Shown here one piece after another: positions 63,310 through 64,000 of a stretch of 64,000 bases of DNA. The position numbers were made by a program, and so were the translations under genes. The DNA comes from Candidatus Dormiibacterota bacterium (GTDB taxonomy: Bacteria; Chloroflexota; Dormibacteria; Aeolococcales; Aeolococcaceae), in assembly GCA_963800175.1 (NCBI GenBank), contig CAWCZS010000001.1, forward strand, positions 71,490-135,489, read 5' to 3'. Each line of letters opens with the position of its first letter. Position 1 is the first letter of the stretch. The notes beneath the pieces were generated by a model. It saw only the letters and a list, made by a program, of their open reading frames with translations, had not been told where the DNA came from and made no database searches.

Positions 63310-63603
63310 CAAAGCCGGTGAGTGGCTCAGGCCGCGGCGAGGCCGCGGTTAGCGCAAATGCGTGGAGAGACCGCCGAGTGCGACGGTTTGCGCCTCTCTC
63401 CGAGTGGTGACCTGGCTACTGGCGGTCAGCTCTCCACTACTGCGCTGGTCGGGAAGGAGGTCGTACTCGAAGAATCTGTCATGGGCTAGGTTCCTCCTTT
63501 TGCCTGAGTGCCACGGCACCGCGTCCGCATGCGTCGTGTTCGAGGCGGGGCGGGTCCGGGCCGAGAGACGCTCCAAAAGTGTATCCCGGATCGGGGATCT
63601 CGC

Positions 63604-64000
63604 GTGACCGACTCGGAGCGTCTCGCCGGCCGCAATCTCGACTTGCGTCTCGGAGCCTCGGTGTCCACGTCGGACGGCCATCACGCGGGGACGCTCCAGC
63701 GGGTCGTTGTCGACGCCGAGAGCTGGGATCCTCGCGCGCTCATCGTCCGCGAGACCAACTGGTTCTCCGGGAGGACGTTCGCCCCCGGAGCCGGGATGAT
63801 GGTCGCCGAGGTGATCGTTCCCCTCAACGCGATCGACGAGGCAGGTCCTGACGGGATTCGCCTGACGCTCGACAAGCGAGCGACCAGAGCGCTCCCGCCG
63901 TATCTCAGCTACCAGTACAAACCGCTCGAGCGAGGCGACGGCCTGGGTTACGCGGCGGCGCTGGTCGGTGGCTCGCTCGGGGTGGGACCGATGTTCCCGA
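63604..64000 (+). CDS. PRC-barrel domain protein, 3'-truncated
   Basis: Read by hand from GTG 63604: LRLGASVSTSDGHHAGTLQRVVVD...ALIV...VIVPLNAI; runs off the window. Confidence 0.7.
   Translation, partial: MTDSERLAGRNLDLRLGASVSTSDGHHAGTLQRVVVDAESWDPRALIVRETNWFSGRTFAPGAGMMVAEVIVPLNAIDEAGPDGIRLTLDKRATRALPPYLSYQYKPLERGDGLGYAAALVGGSLGVGPMFP

Noticed and set aside
63298-63313. Possible parS (CGTTTCACCTGACAAA)
   Set aside because: Four mismatches to TGTTTCACGTGAAACA and not palindromic.

Overview
High-GC bacterial chromosomal window spanning the replication origin. It contains dnaA and dnaN with DnaA boxes on both sides of dnaA, rpmH-rnpA-yidD-yidC-khpB, recF plus a DUF721/DciA gene, and parA-parB. 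Flanking housekeeping and accessory genes include fabI, fabF, folP, folK, uppP, ndk, lepB, an Fe/Mn-SOD, ogt, tRNA-Lys(CTT), three c-di-GMP turnover genes, two orphan DNA methyltransferases and a Upf1-like helicase. Gene content (sortase-type signal, GT87, UgtP/MGDG-type glycosyltransferase, apparent leaderless genes) suggests a monoderm Terrabacteria lineage, for example Dormibacterota-, Chloroflexota- or Actinomycetota-like; this is inference only. Many genes, including essential ones (dnaA, parB), are split by single frameshifts, most likely long-read indel errors, so joined coordinates are approximate. The most unusual elements are: (1) a membrane GAF-GGDEF-EAL protein with a ~800-codon Pro/Ala-rich and histone-H1-like [KR]RTPA tail; (2) a 72-bp tandem array with two inverted partner copies next to parB; (3) a helicase / Cys-less glutaredoxin-PDZ / ECF sigma / Ogt operon; (4) a free-standing single LAGLIDADG-motif gene divergent from parA; (5) an ATC start codon for rpmH; and (6) an inverted recF. 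No CRISPR array, integrase or transposase was recognised.
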